Positions 14,517 through 28,100 of a stretch of 64,000 bases of DNA are shown one piece after another. The stretch comes from Balanoglossus misakiensis (Eukaryota > Animalia > Hemichordata): NCBI GenBank assembly GCA_040954595.2, contig CM082592.2, positions 2,928,635 to 2,992,634 of the forward strand. Reading direction: 5' to 3'. How positions within the stretch are numbered: position 1 is the stretch's first letter; each line of letters opens with the position of its first letter. The notes below the pieces were generated by a model. That model saw only the letters and a program-made list of their open reading frames with translations, had not been told where the DNA came from and made no database searches. Both the position numbers and the translations under genes were made by a program.

Positions 14517-16830
14517 ATGTCGTACATGGCACAGTCTCATCGCGATCCATATCCATTCCCTAAACTTCAAAATGATGATAATTTTGTAGGACTTCGACAG
14601 ACACAGGTGGGTTTTAATTCAATCCATTGCATGGTGAACGTGAGCCTTCTGACTTGAAAGATGAAGTGAAGTTGAGAAGTGTGATAGCCTTTACTTCATA
14701 TTAGTTCATTAACCAAATATGAAAGATTTCCACCGATATACACCGTTGCCTCGACACCTGCGTCTCTTCATATCGTTTTTGATGATTTTTACATTTTAAG
14801 TCAAGGTGATCATCCCCCATAATGGGTATGTTATTTTCATACTTCACCAATAATGTAATTTGGATATAGCTGGTTGTTTGCTGAAGATTAAATGATGCTA
14901 AACTTAAAACTTCGAACAGAGGCTAGAGTCAACATCACAGATTTAATGAGATATGTTCACCTTTGGTATTCAATCTGTACCCACATTTTAAGAAGTTTTG
15001 GAAATAGGACGTTTTAAAGCCAGTAGCAATCCTGATTATGACTTAATGATTATTTTATTGCTACAGCAAGAAGCCTACAGTGACCCCACACATTTATCAC
15101 AGCAACAAGATCCATGGAATAGACTTAATGCAACATGTACATTGGCAAGTTCAAGAAGAGAAGTTTATCATTACGACCCTAAGGTACTACACTGTTTGTT
15201 ATATTTATTTTAAACATATCGTCAAGGACACTGTGGTCCCAACTAAGGATTTAATACAAAGAAATAGGTATACATCACATGTGACATTGACAAGCAGATA
15301 TGACCTCTAGTATTTACAAATTGAAAATGTAAAAAGAACACACCAAATTAAGTGTCATGGCAATCTTAGGAATATTCCTACCAAATTTCAAACCAATCAA
15401 ACAAGCAGTTTCAAAGAAAACAATGTTTGTTCAAAAGTGACAATAACACAAATATGCAACTATAATCATATTTGTACAAAATCTTACTTCAATCACCACA
15501 AGACATATGTCTACCAAATGAAAGTTCAAAGCAATCAGACAGGCAGTTTCAAAGAGAACAATTTTTCATGAAAAATTGCAAAATTTCCCAAATAACATAA
15601 ATATGCAAATTTCACCAAAGTTTTACAACATCTTACTTGGGTTACCCCTACAAATGTAGGAACATGCCTACCAAATTTCAAAATGTTTTGTTGACAAAAA
15701 TGGCCCCATAAGTTTTGCAAATCATCAGCAACCTGCAAGCTGAATTTCAATGCCAAATTTTGAGTTATGACCATTTTCCCTTTTTTTTTCAGTTTAACAT
15801 TTCCATATTTTGGTACAGACAATTCATGTGAAACTGAAAATAAGCCCTTCTACAGTCCAAATATCAAAGTGATATGTGCAGTGGTTCTCAAATTTCTGCA
15901 GTGGATGGGTGGACAGACAGACACTGACTGATCCCATAAGTTTCCCTGGTAGCATCTAACAATTGGGATGGAAGAGAATTAATATGTGACTGTATTTGAC
16001 ATACATTTAATTCTTGTTTTTCTCAAGGCACCGAGGGACAGTCTTGATTTTGTGCTGAAGACCAAGTATGACCATCATAACGCATTCCTGGCAACAAAAC
16101 CAGAAACACTTATACAGCCAGAAACAGTGGGAGCTGAGCATGGGTAGGTACAGGCTACACGTATCAACTGCTGGAATTTTTACAACCAAAAACCATTCTT
16201 TCTTTCTTTGTGCCTATATAGCCAAGTAAACTTTTTTGTATCATAGAAGGAAGTTGGATAAGCTAGAAATATGACATCAAGACAACAGCAGCACACAGAT
16301 AGTCATTTTTAACTGGCTATTCAGAGTAGCCTGAGATCTGGCTCAAATGTGATTTTACATCAGGTCAAAGAAAATGCAGTTGCTGATATAATTTCAGGGG
16401 GGGGGGGGGGGGCAGAAAACACCCATAAAGTTTTTACTTTTCACATACTAGTAATTTACAGCTGTTTACACATTTAGCTATACAGATCTTTTGATTCATC
16501 AACAAGATCTTGGTATTTACACAAAGTAATATCACAAATTACCTAGTACATGTAGTGATAATTAATATCCAATACATGTATAAAAAAACTTAGTTTTTAT
16601 CTGGTACTTGTTGGTTGATATCCTATTACAGACGAGTGTTAAAGAACAGAGCAGTACAAGCAGAGAAGACTTCTGCTGGTGGCTCCAAACCAACCCCATT
16701 AGGTAATGTTATAGTTGATCCTAAAAGAGAAACAATTGACTGTTTCAAAGGAGCCATTGAGAGCCACCATAGCGCAGCTACCAACCCGGGATATTCCAGA
16801 AAACATGATGGTGGATTCTATACAACGTAA
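14517..16830 (+). CDS. CFAP276: Cilia- and flagella-associated protein 276 (C1orf194) orthologue, about 173 aa, 4 coding exons
   Basis: Exons 14517-14606, 15067-15183, 16028-16143, 16632-16830 (GT-AG, frame consistent). Translation [23 protein letters not shown]...[17 protein letters not shown]...[21 protein letters not shown]...[37 protein letters not shown] matches the C1orf194 pattern as recalled, including the C-terminal HxAATNxGYSRKxDGGF. Confidence 0.92.
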
Positions 16831-19441
16831 ATGCTGTTTTCTCATTATGCAATACGTCTGGAACTTTTTCGAGTGGACCAAGAAAATACAATAAAATGTT
16901 CTTTTGTGTTGTACGTTGGCAGTCCCAATGGGTTTGGATTCTCCACAGTGTAATATATTTTATCAAAACATAGTAACTCCTATACATTTATTGACTATAG
17001 GATTTTAGCCATCTTCAATGCTTTTTTCACAATAGGCGGCCTAACGCACTCATTTTTTTACATTGGATGTATTCCTGCACTTTTTTATCTGTCTTTTGTT
17101 GTTGCTTTTTGGTGTAACCCTGGTGGTAAATGTAGTTGCAATTTTCATTCATTCTGTTCGACAAAATTGCATTCAAGTGCAACACAGGTGTTGATTGTAC
17201 AAAATTATTCTCATCAGCTAAATGCAGAATCATGGTTGAAATTACAGTAAATGACAAGCTTTGTTGAATGTAGATGGTCCAGGAAAGCTGGTAATTAAAA
17301 GTATTGCACGATTTTCATAATCTGAATGCTGAACCTGTGTATGTATAAACATAGCAGTCTGAAGGGATTGAAATTGAATTGTGAAGTAATATGGGTCAAT
17401 TGCATACAAAATACAAATTGTAAGTGCTGATGTGTATCATGATGTTGAAATGGAAATGATGATGATTGTTCATGTGGGACGCATACATGCATGCACAACA
17501 CTTCAAAGCAAGGTCACAGCCAGTACTTTCTCTTATTTGTGTCTCCTAAGTGCATTTCTCCTGAAATGGGAATGCGGTGATGCACAATCGTTCACATGGG
17601 ACACCTATAAACACAAGGTTGCAGTTATACATTGAATAGGGATGAATGGCTAGTGTTCGTGTAAATTGTCAACTCCTCCACAGCCAGCGATACAGACTAC
17701 CGTTAATTCTGAAGTAGTTTCAGCTATGCAGCGATTGATTGGAGATAATTCACGTGGCGCCCCATTTTGTATAATGTGTTAAACTCACTACAAGTTCTGA
17801 CAGTTGTGCACACACCTCGTGGCTGCTTCGTACCACTGTTTTCTTAGTTTTCATTCAAACACATACAGATATATGTAGTATGTACATGTATATGTATTTT
17901 GTAGCTTAATCATGGCCAAAGGTTCAATTTGTACAATGATATTTTGAACTTTTCAGAAATCACCATCATATGACATAACCTGTGCTGTCATATCTTGTGG
18001 CAATGAAGTCAAACTCTGTAAATGAAAATGAGAGAAAAAAAAGATTACCTGACTTTTGCGTGTCCTGGCCAAACTTGACCTTCATGTAATTACTTCTGCA
18101 AATTGTGCCTTATTCTGACTTGATATTTTGCATTGTTTTGATTAATTAATTGTGCTTCCTTTGCAAATGTATTCATGTACAAGGGGAAGGTTGGTGATGG
18201 GATGGTGCAAATGAAGTAAGCTAAATGATGGCCGGGGTGGGGGTGGGAGGTGGGGGGGGGGGGGGGTGTTATAGAAGTGAGAGGCATTTCTGTTGTCATA
18301 TATTTGCCTTAAATTTTAATAGCAAATGACTAATAACATCAGCATTTTCATACCAATTTTGAGAAAGAATGGAAAATCATGTATTTTAATGTAAAAGGGG
18401 CACAGTCGTAGACTGAATAATTTTTAAAATATCTTTTTAATCCAAACAATTGCATGCATCTGTGACCTCAGTCACTTCTAATCAACATTCAATGTCTGTG
18501 ACAGGCACTAGTCAATTAACCTCATCTTTTGGCAGCTGACATCAAATAATTTACGGCCATTTTAATGTACAATAAAATACACAATGGTGATTCTAAATAA
18601 ATTGTTCAGTTATACAGTGTGCCTTTTTTATTTGGATAGCACCAGGGATAGCACCTTTCTGTAGATTTTTCTATGCATGTAAATAGGGAAATGTTACTGC
18701 AGTGCCTGTTTGGAATCTATTGCTATTAAAGAATTAAATTACATCGCTTCAGCTGTGGTGAGCGTATACATTTTTTTTCTTGTACCAGACATCTATGTTT
18801 TATGTTGTAAAGCTATAAAAAGAATTCGAGCTATAAATTTTAATCAGCTAGCAAAATATGGAGTGCTTGAGGTTTGGGTGGAGGGAATAGCTATGAAACC
18901 AAAACATTGTTCAACCATTGTGAAATTTTTGCAAGTGAAGCAAAGAATAGATTTTGGGAACAAGAAATTAACCAACTTACACACCCAACATAAAATGAGA
19001 ACCAAACACAAAAATTGCAAAATACACCCCCCAAAAATTGATCTGTGGACCCTGTTTTATACTTTACTTTACAATTGACCAAGTATAGAAAAACGAGCAA
19101 AAAATCTTGAATATTTACACTTAACCACAAATTTCGCCAAAACTGACCCTCCCATATTTTAAGTTGATTTAACTAGTCTTAAATCTTGTTAGGAAGGAGT
19201 CTGTAGAATGTCGATATTTCATATGATTTTATATTTGGGGTTTCATATTATGTGAGCAACTACCTAGGTAAATGTTTGCTTTCTTAAATAACAGAAGTAT
19301 ATTGTAAATACAGAGTATCAGTATATACACTTCACGAGCTTACATGAATCGGTGGTTCAATAAAAATGAAAACCAAACCTGAAGACTGGAGTTGAAATAT
19401 TTCATTTTAATTAAAACATGGTATCGACACTCACTGGTACT

Positions 19442-19632
19442 TTAAAGGTATACAGTCACCTCCAATTTACATACGCCCATATTTGGCTGAAATGGCGTAT
19501 TTTAGCGTTCTAAGGAACATATGGTGGCACTCTTTTTTTGCGTGTGCCACCCACTGAAAATCTGTGATTGGCTAGATCTCAATTCGGCAGGGCAACTGTA
19601 GCTAATTTTCCATAGGTGACCGTATGCCTTGA
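19442..19632. mobile_element. ~190-bp MITE (aggtatacagtcacct / aggtgaccgtat)
   Basis: A near-identical reverse-complement copy at about 49264-49460 and a degenerate copy at about 48110-48277; TTAA-like flanks. Confidence 0.75.
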
Positions 19633-22600
19633 ATTGCTTCAGCATGAAGGAAAGTGTTAACTCCAACGCACACAAGACTGGCAGTGTAGAATTACAATTC
19701 TATCAACTTCAACTAATGAGCAATAGGAATTGAGTCATGTTTCTTTGAAATGACAATGCATGCTTACAAAGCCACCATAGGTGGCAGTGCATCACACCAA
19801 TATTTTTTTCTGTCGTACTGCAAAAGCAAACATATTTTTTTCCACTGTTCGACGAGGACATTTCTTGTCAAAATATCCTGCAGTTTCCCTTGGAGATATC
19901 AAAAAACAACAACTGATAAATAGAGAGAATTTAATCCAACAATAATGTAGTGCCATATGCAACAGGTGGTTGATACAGTGTGTCTGTCCGTCCATCCTCT
20001 TCCAAAACTTGAGAACCGTCGTACATATCAACTGGTGTAACAACTTTGGTCTTATGGAGGAATGTATTGATGTACACAGCCATAATTTTTGGATGCCTTT
20101 AAAATTAGAAAAAAACATTGCCCAGACCTACCGGGTATAGTTTGCTCATACACCTATGCTATTTTTGGAAAGAATATTTTCAAGACCTAAATTAACTGGT
20201 TTATATCATACTCTACCAAAGTGACCCCTATATGGTAATGTCGATTTTTATAACATGTACAAAGGAGAATGTACATGTAGTTCCTTATTCAAAGAAATTC
20301 CATTTATTACTTTCAACTATGCCCACCTTAAATTAATGGACATTAAAGTGAGATTCTACTAAATTTCAACTGTAAACTTTATGAAGAGCCCTTGCAGAAA
20401 TAAAAATCATAAATCATAAAAAATGTGTCACAGAAATGTCCACAAATCAAAACCAGCAGTCTTTAAATATTGTCAAGTGCTGATTTCTTGTCTTTTACTG
20501 CAGCTTTTCATTGTTAATTGTGGCAGCCATTTAGCAATGTTTATTATATTTTTTATTGTTTACCGGTAGATGATTAAATTAAGACATTGCCAGGTACGAA
20601 CTACCTTCCTGCAAAGTTGCAAATGATCAAATGACTATAATACAATCTTCAGTGACTACATATTCAGGATCAATTTTCTGTAGTGATAAAAGTCTGTCCA
20701 TTGATGACCCTAACTATTTCATTTACCTGAGCTAGTGACCTCATGGCCCCATTATTTCTAATGTATGTGTAAGCCTTACATGGCTATTATAGAACCTGAC
20801 TTTTATGTATAACCTCATCTGAAAGCCAGATCCCCAGTGTGTGCACATATATGCACGCAACAGGGTGGAACAGAATCAGACCTTTACTGACATCTTCCCA
20901 ACATGTAGTCTTATCGTTGCTTAATTTGTACAGTGCCATTACCTAAATGACTGCAGTATCTAGGATATCTGTTACAATAGCGTTGGATATAACCTCCTGA
21001 TAATTTGTCTTGTATGAGATTCAGAATAGCAAGAAGTTTAAGAATTAACTGATGTGTTTTAAAGCCTCCAGAGCTGCCACCTTTTGCATTATTTTCATGA
21101 TTTTATTTTCCAACTTAAATTGGTCCATCTAAATAAGCATACTGATAGGTATACATGAACACCTTATCGATGCTCGATTGTGACTGCATGTTGCAATTTG
21201 AACACGCTATGTATTTAAACGGTGTCGCACCGATTTAATCTGCCTCCATACAAACAGTACACAGCTATCGTGGTATGCGTCGCCAAGAGATGACAAACTG
21301 ATGCAAATGCAAGTAATATGGCTTAATGGTGAGGATTTTAGAGGATAAGGCATATATTTGATGAATTTTATAAGTGTTATTTGATATACTATCAGGAAAT
21401 ATCATTTAATAAACAGAATTAAAAGCATATCTCAGATTATTTAAAGCTTAAATTTTATATCCAGTTGCAGCCTATGGCCTTTAATTAAACATATGAGGAT
21501 GTTAATGTTTTATTTACATAAACTTCAATTGGGTTTTTTTCACACGAAAGCCAAGCACAGTTGTTGCAAAGATTTTCCATGACAGCCACGCCATTCTCTA
21601 TAAAACACTTTTTAATTGGCTGCACATTTTTCACCTAGATTAACATTTAAAGATTCAGCTAAAATATACTGTAACCATAGTGCATATAATTGGAAATGTT
21701 TACATCAGTAATATTTTAAATAGTGAATTCACACTTCCAGGTAAATTAGATAAAAAACATAATAGCTAAAAACGTGAAGTTCACAATGAAAACAATCTTT
21801 AAAAAAAATCTTTACATATATGTAGGTAGGTGCATAGGTTTTCATGAAAAATTACAATTGCCACATGAATCTCGTTATATTTTCAGTATCTCCACAATTA
21901 TAATTTTTTACATCGATTAATATATTTTAGAAAAGATTTTTTCAATGGAACATAATTCACTGAAGATGCTGAAAAGAATAATTTGAAAATACAATCTTTG
22001 AAGAAAATAAAATGTGCTGTCAAGTTTAATAGTGTACAAATAAGTGGCAATACAATACTGCTTTACATTACAAGGAACAAAGGATTGGTGGTTTGGACTA
22101 AAGTATTATTATACTGGTAAATTAACTGATCAAATAAAATAATTGGCTCTAAATTAATCTGGGAGTAGACCACAAATTGTCGCGCATAATGTATGTTTAA
22201 ACTCCCTTCAATTCTTGAATCACTGGTAATTCAATTTTGGAGTAGGAAAACAAATACATTATCACTCAATTTTGATTCTGAAGTATTTGTATTGTTGAAA
22301 TTTCAAATCCAATCAAATTTAAATTACACCTAATTCAACCAAATAAAAGAAATTGGAATGGATGTATTTATCAAATAAATTTGTGCAATTTGTCAGTTGA
22401 AGTGAGAATATATTACAAATTGAATCTTCAACTTATTCAAGGAATAGACTTTAAGATAGCGCCATGGTTAATATATGCCATCTTGTCGGTATCATGCACT
22501 ATTTACAGTCGATCACTGTAACATGTACCGTATACTAGCGAAGCCTGCTAGTTCATTTTCTCAATACTTTATGAAGCATACGCTACCAATGATGGAGAGA

Positions 22601-24053
22601 GGGCAGGCAAAATGTATGTATGCCACAGGCAATTACATATTATGTAGATAATGGCATTTGTCTTTCAATATGTTCAGCTTTGTTTATATCTTTTAAGTGT
22701 TTTATAAAACGTGATGATGTTGAGATCTAGTTCATCCGTGCAACCAAGTGTGAATTCATTTGGGTGTATAACAAATTGTACCAGCATTCATCCATATTGG
22801 ATACCTATTTTAGTTTTGGATTTCCTCATTCGGTTACCATGTGAACATAGAGTAATATGCATGGTTGAACACGGCAACATGACTTCTCCACCTGAGACCC
22901 CCCAATCTCTTGCTAGCCTACTAGTATTTCCTGACCAACTGGTATGAAAATTTAGATCTTAAAGTTGAGTTTAGCTCATATACATCTGTCTGTGTTACTT
23001 AGATGACATATTTCAAAAGAAAAGACATCATTTGCTTTTTTTGTGGAAAGAAATATGAATTTCATCTCACCAATTACCAACCAAATTTTTCCAAAGAAAA
23101 CTTATTTTAAAAGGCAAATTATAATTCAAGTATGGAGAACAGAAAACAGCAAAAATGTCGATTTAAAAATATATTTTTCTTCAGAACTAATGTGACACAC
23201 ATTTTTCATCTCTGTTCTAATTCTCAGAAATGCTAAAAAAATATATATTTATATTACGGTAATCCATATTACTAAATAATCCACATTCTGTAAAATATTA
23301 ATCATTTATATTGAAAATCTAGATTACATTTTCTCCAATTACATTACATCTACTTATCGCATTCCACGTAATTAAATTCTGAAACATATTTGATTCTGTA
23401 GGAGATTTTGAAAGTTGATTGTGTTGAACTTTGAAAAGGAAAGAATGTTTTGAAAGCAAAACAGGACACCAATATTCCCCCAAATTCGCCATTAGATAAT
23501 TATACCGCACATTTTGAAAGGTACCCTAATAGCACGAGCAAAGTAGATTTCACTGTAGCTAAGAACATGAGGGATGAGATGGAAAGTCTATGTTGATATT
23601 GTAATCTATAGCCTGTCTGGGTAATCTCATTTTTTGTAGGGATGTCCACTCATAATGCAAATGCAAGGTTAATCTCATTCCCTGTCTGCTCAAAATGAAG
23701 AAAATTTAATCATTTATTCTAATGATACTACAAGATTAGAAATATTTGTACCAGTTACTGTAACTTAAAACAGTGAAAATTTGGGATTTTAATTTTTTTC
23801 TCCTTTTTAATGTAGTACTCAATCCCATATAGTGACTGCCTGCATACATACCTGGGGAGGGAAATGTGAGTTGTATGCAGTGTGACGTGTGAACACATGC
23901 TACTGACTCTCATTACATTTTCAATCTTTCTGTTGGAGTGTTTACTACAGTATACTCAGCGCAGCTATATTCAAGGTTATCTGCGGAACTCAACAGAATT
24001 TTTCAGGTATTTGGATAGAGACTGTGTTTTGACATTTTTTTTGGTCCAAAAAA

Positions 24054-25133
24054 ATGTCAAATTTTAGTAGTCTTTGGGAAAATGAGACTAACGTGACAAA
24101 CAACTGGACTGATGTTGGACGTCCACTGAGAGCTTCATCATTCACATCGACCGCCGCAGCTCTACTGATTATATTGCTGATTGTCGGAGCGTGTGGTCAT
24201 TCCCTGGTGGTGATGACAATCGTGCGCAAGAAACGACTGCGGACGTTCAGCTATGCCTTCATCGCCAGCATCAGTTGCACCAACATTGTCTTCGTCCTCT
24301 TTGTCATCCTCCCAACAATCGACACATTCTTGAACCGCAAGTGGAGAATCGGGCACGGCAGCTGTCTGATGCAGATCTATCTCAAACCCAGCCTCATCAG
24401 TATTGTGCTCTGGCACTACACGCTGCTCTCCATCAACCGCTACACTTTCCATGTATTTAATAACAAGTATTCAACGATTACAAGAAGGGCCTCCATGTGT
24501 GCTGCCTTAACTTTTGCCTGGACATTTCCATCTGTTATAACACTGATTCCATTCATCATGGCATTGCAATCCATGTCCTACAGTCCCCTGGTCTTTTTAT
24601 GTATTCCCTCCGAAGGATATGGTAAAGTAGGAATTATTGTTCCGCTTGTCAATATGGTCATTCCCAGCATTTCTGTGTCTTCGCTGACATTTCTCATCTT
24701 TCAACACTATCACAAAAAGCGGAAAATCATCCAGCCGGCATCCAACACCAACCAAGTACAGATCACCCTGAATGTACCACGGCTCAGCACGCATGAAACT
24801 CAATTTCTTAAAACCTCAGCGGTGACATTTTCCCTGACTGTGGCAAGTTATATACCGTATCACATCTTGCTTAACGTCGACCCAAACGTCTGGCTGCCCG
24901 ACGCCTGGATTTTAGCCAACGTCTGGCTGTTTGCTGTCAATTGCCTTGTTCCTGTCGTCCACGGTGCTATGAATAACCGTTTCCAAGAAGCGTACATTGA
25001 ACTGTTATTGTGCGGGCTGTGTAAGCCAATTGACGATGTCACTACTTTGCCGAGAGAAGGGCGATCGCGAACAATGGCAATGAACACACGACTTAACAGC
25101 GCTCATCACTTAACTGTTATCGAGATACCTTAA
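24054..25133 (+). CDS. Intronless class A (rhodopsin-like) 7TM GPCR, melatonin-receptor-like by motif
   Basis: 359-aa ORF with N-terminal N-glycosylation sequons (NFS, NET, NVT, NWT) and seven hydrophobic segments. Also ECL1 W-x-x-G-x-x-x-C, TM3 SINRY, TM4 W, an ECL2 Cys, and helix-8 MNNRFQEAY followed by cysteines. Confidence 0.9.
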   Translation: MSNFSSLWENETNVTNNWTDVGRPLRASSFTSTAAALLIILLIVGACGHSLVVMTIVRKKRLRTFSYAFIASISCTNIVFVLFVILPTIDTFLNRKWRIGHGSCLMQIYLKPSLISIVLWHYTLLSINRYTFHVFNNKYSTITRRASMCAALTFAWTFPSVITLIPFIMALQSMSYSPLVFLCIPSEGYGKVGIIVPLVNMVIPSISVSSLTFLIFQHYHKKRKIIQPASNTNQVQITLNVPRLSTHETQFLKTSAVTFSLTVASYIPYHILLNVDPNVWLPDAWILANVWLFAVNCLVPVVHGAMNNRFQEAYIELLLCGLCKPIDDVTTLPREGRSRTMAMNTRLNSAHHLTVIEIP

Positions 25134-28100
25134 ACGGCAAAAATATGATACGTCACGCTTTCATATCTGATAATATTTTGTGTCGTACAGACCATCAAGC
25201 TATCGAGCACAGACTACAAAAAATCAGCTTGTATTATTCTCTTGACAAAACCATCTACTTTGAATATTCTGAAATACAGCATGTCTTCTGCAAAGCCGTA
25301 TACATCATTTTTCTGTGACGAACATTAATGAGGTCTATCACCTCTCAGTATTAATGTTGTGAGTAAAATACACACCATGGGCAAACATAGTGTATGGGTC
25401 ATTGACATGTAATAATTGCTGTTCTTTATAATGCTTCATCACTCAAATCACGTGGATAATTAGGTTTCAACTTCACAAGTAGGAATATACAATGAATGCC
25501 GATCAGATATACATGGACATTTGAAAACAGCCTCTTTAGCACGGATTACAGTCATTTTCATCCGTCGTGATGTCAGTAATTTCACGACAACTGCCGTTGT
25601 GTATTTCCTGTTATTTGCAACATTTTGTCACAAAGTGTAAAATCAGTATTCCTTCATCTTAAATTAGCAGATTGTATCTAGGCTCTGATGTAATATACAC
25701 ATCTCGAAAACAACTGCAATTTGTTCTACAGTGAGTTCTCCACCCTGTCAGCTGACACTACACTGAAGCTAAAATGCCCTTTTTACGTGATTCTTGAATT
25801 ACGATTTCTTCTTAAATGCTCTTTTCACTGCAAACGGTTTGCAATATCAATACTGCCATCACTACACGTAATTGTATAAACAGCAAAATCTTTTCTGTAA
25901 TGTTTTTGAAGATCACGAAGTGTTTGTATTCAAAATACGACATTTTTTGCATGCAGCCTTGACCCTTTCACGCTTATAAGTTAAATAATGATTTCCTTTG
26001 TCTAGTTCAATGACATGTCACTTCCTTTGCACTTAATAATAATTTCCTTGATCCAGCTGGTTACTCACTACCACTTGCCCAAAATCATTCTTTTTCATTA
26101 TTACACACACTGTTTTTGTATGATGTTTTATATATATCACAGACATGTCAGTTTTCAAATGACATCATAATCACTTCAGTGATGGATGCTGTTTTGTATA
26201 CATGCATGTCGTGACTCTATTGAATATATATATTGAGGTAACGCTTGGACAGTTATGATGACATTACTGATGTGTTTATTTATGTCTGCGCAAAATAATA
26301 ATATATGACTTGATTATTCAAATGTCCCAGCAAAAATAAATTAATTTCTACAATTACTGGACAAATTTCTAATCAGTTTCTAAACCAAACAATTTTTTAA
26401 ATGTAAAACTAAATTTTTAGTTAAATAATTTTCTTACATTTTTGCATATATAACATGATTTGGAATTTTTATCCATACAGGTATGTTTTAACCATCTAAA
26501 CTTATCGAACATGTGTCATTAAATATTGTCAAGGTGATTAATACACTACACAAATTATTGGTGAATACAGAATGTGGATGTAGTTGTAGAAAAATCAAAT
26601 CTATTCTGCTTAGTTCCATACATTGCAGTATAAACCATTTTATGGTATCAATAGGGTGATGTGCCCTATCAGTCAATATGACACACCACTATTTTTGATA
26701 AAAAAAATAGTTTCTGATGTAATATGTGAAGGTAAAAAGGCTGCCACAAAGAAAATTTTTGAAATTCTCAGAATGAGAAAAAAAATGATTTTTAAAAATC
26801 ATGTTTGTTAGAGGGCAGACTGGTTTGAGCCGCAAAGAATATTTTTGAAATTCTCAAATCGAGAAAAAAATAAGATTTAAAAAAATCATGTTTGTTAGAA
26901 GGCAGACTGGTTTGGGTGCCCTGTCTTTATGAGCATTTACAGTAAAAACACTGACACACGGTGACTATATTCTACCAATTTGAAGAAAAAAAATATTTTT
27001 GCAGATTGCATTTTATGATAAAGTATATTTCAAATAAAGCAGCATGAACATTGCCATGCAACTGTTAGAATTATAAGGACACATTGATGACAAAAATTGG
27101 TAAAGAATCCCTTTGTTTGAATACATTGAATTTCACACAAAGTAATTTTTATTTTTACAAAACACAAGTATTAAATATTCTGTAAATCAGTTTTAAAAGT
27201 TAGTCATTTACAATAATACGAGCTACTGGTAATATTACCACATGTGAATTTTGTTTGTGTTGAAAATCATGTAGCCACACCTTTTATGTAAGTTGTAGAA
27301 TATTCTGACATAACAGAAACTGAGAATGTATAGTTTGAAATAACACAGCAGGCTTACCAGACACACATCCTTATTGTATGCCAAGAATAAGGGCGTGTAC
27401 GAAGATTTTGAATCCTAGCAGATTTAATCCTCCAATTATTCAGGGATTATACGAATAACATTGACAACTACTGATTATGTATGAGAGCACGGTCCTAAAT
27501 CTTGAAATAAATTACTTTGAGCCAAATATGTTATAATATAATAAATTGTACCTGTGAACCTTATTAATTGTATGTTTTATCATATTTTTCTTAGGCATAT
27601 GGATCCTAAGTTAACAAACATACTTTGAGCCAAACTGTACATGTCAGTGCGTCGTTATTGTTTGGTGAAACGACAAAGAAACGATATGCTGCAGTTTGAC
27701 ATATCTCAATTTGCTGCTTAATCTAGATCATGGTTTTCCGTGATGGATAATGTCATATGAAGCGAATTACCACCTCTTCATTATACAAAAAACTCTTATC
27801 TCTGATAAATCCATCTGGTACTGTCTGGGTTTTTTTTGTTCAAAAATCCAGCTATTTCATTTCTGCACTACAAGAAAATTGGAGATAAATACTCTTTTTT
27901 GTGTTCAAAATATTGGCAGACCTTCATGAGGGACTAGCTGTCGTACTTCATCCTGGTGCGCAGTTACGATTGCGCTTATCTGATATTACTGAACATGTCA
28001 CATCATTCTATTCTGACTTTAGAAGCAGACAGCAGCTGAGCTCTCCTTTTCGATCAAACAAACAGGTCTGATAGTGTCACATTTCACTCGTATGCATTAA

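Noticed and set aside
16900-24000. Additional coding gene between CFAP276 and the GPCR
   Set aside because: Only short ORFs without motifs. The region may hold non-coding 5' exons of the GPCR, but I cannot support coordinates.
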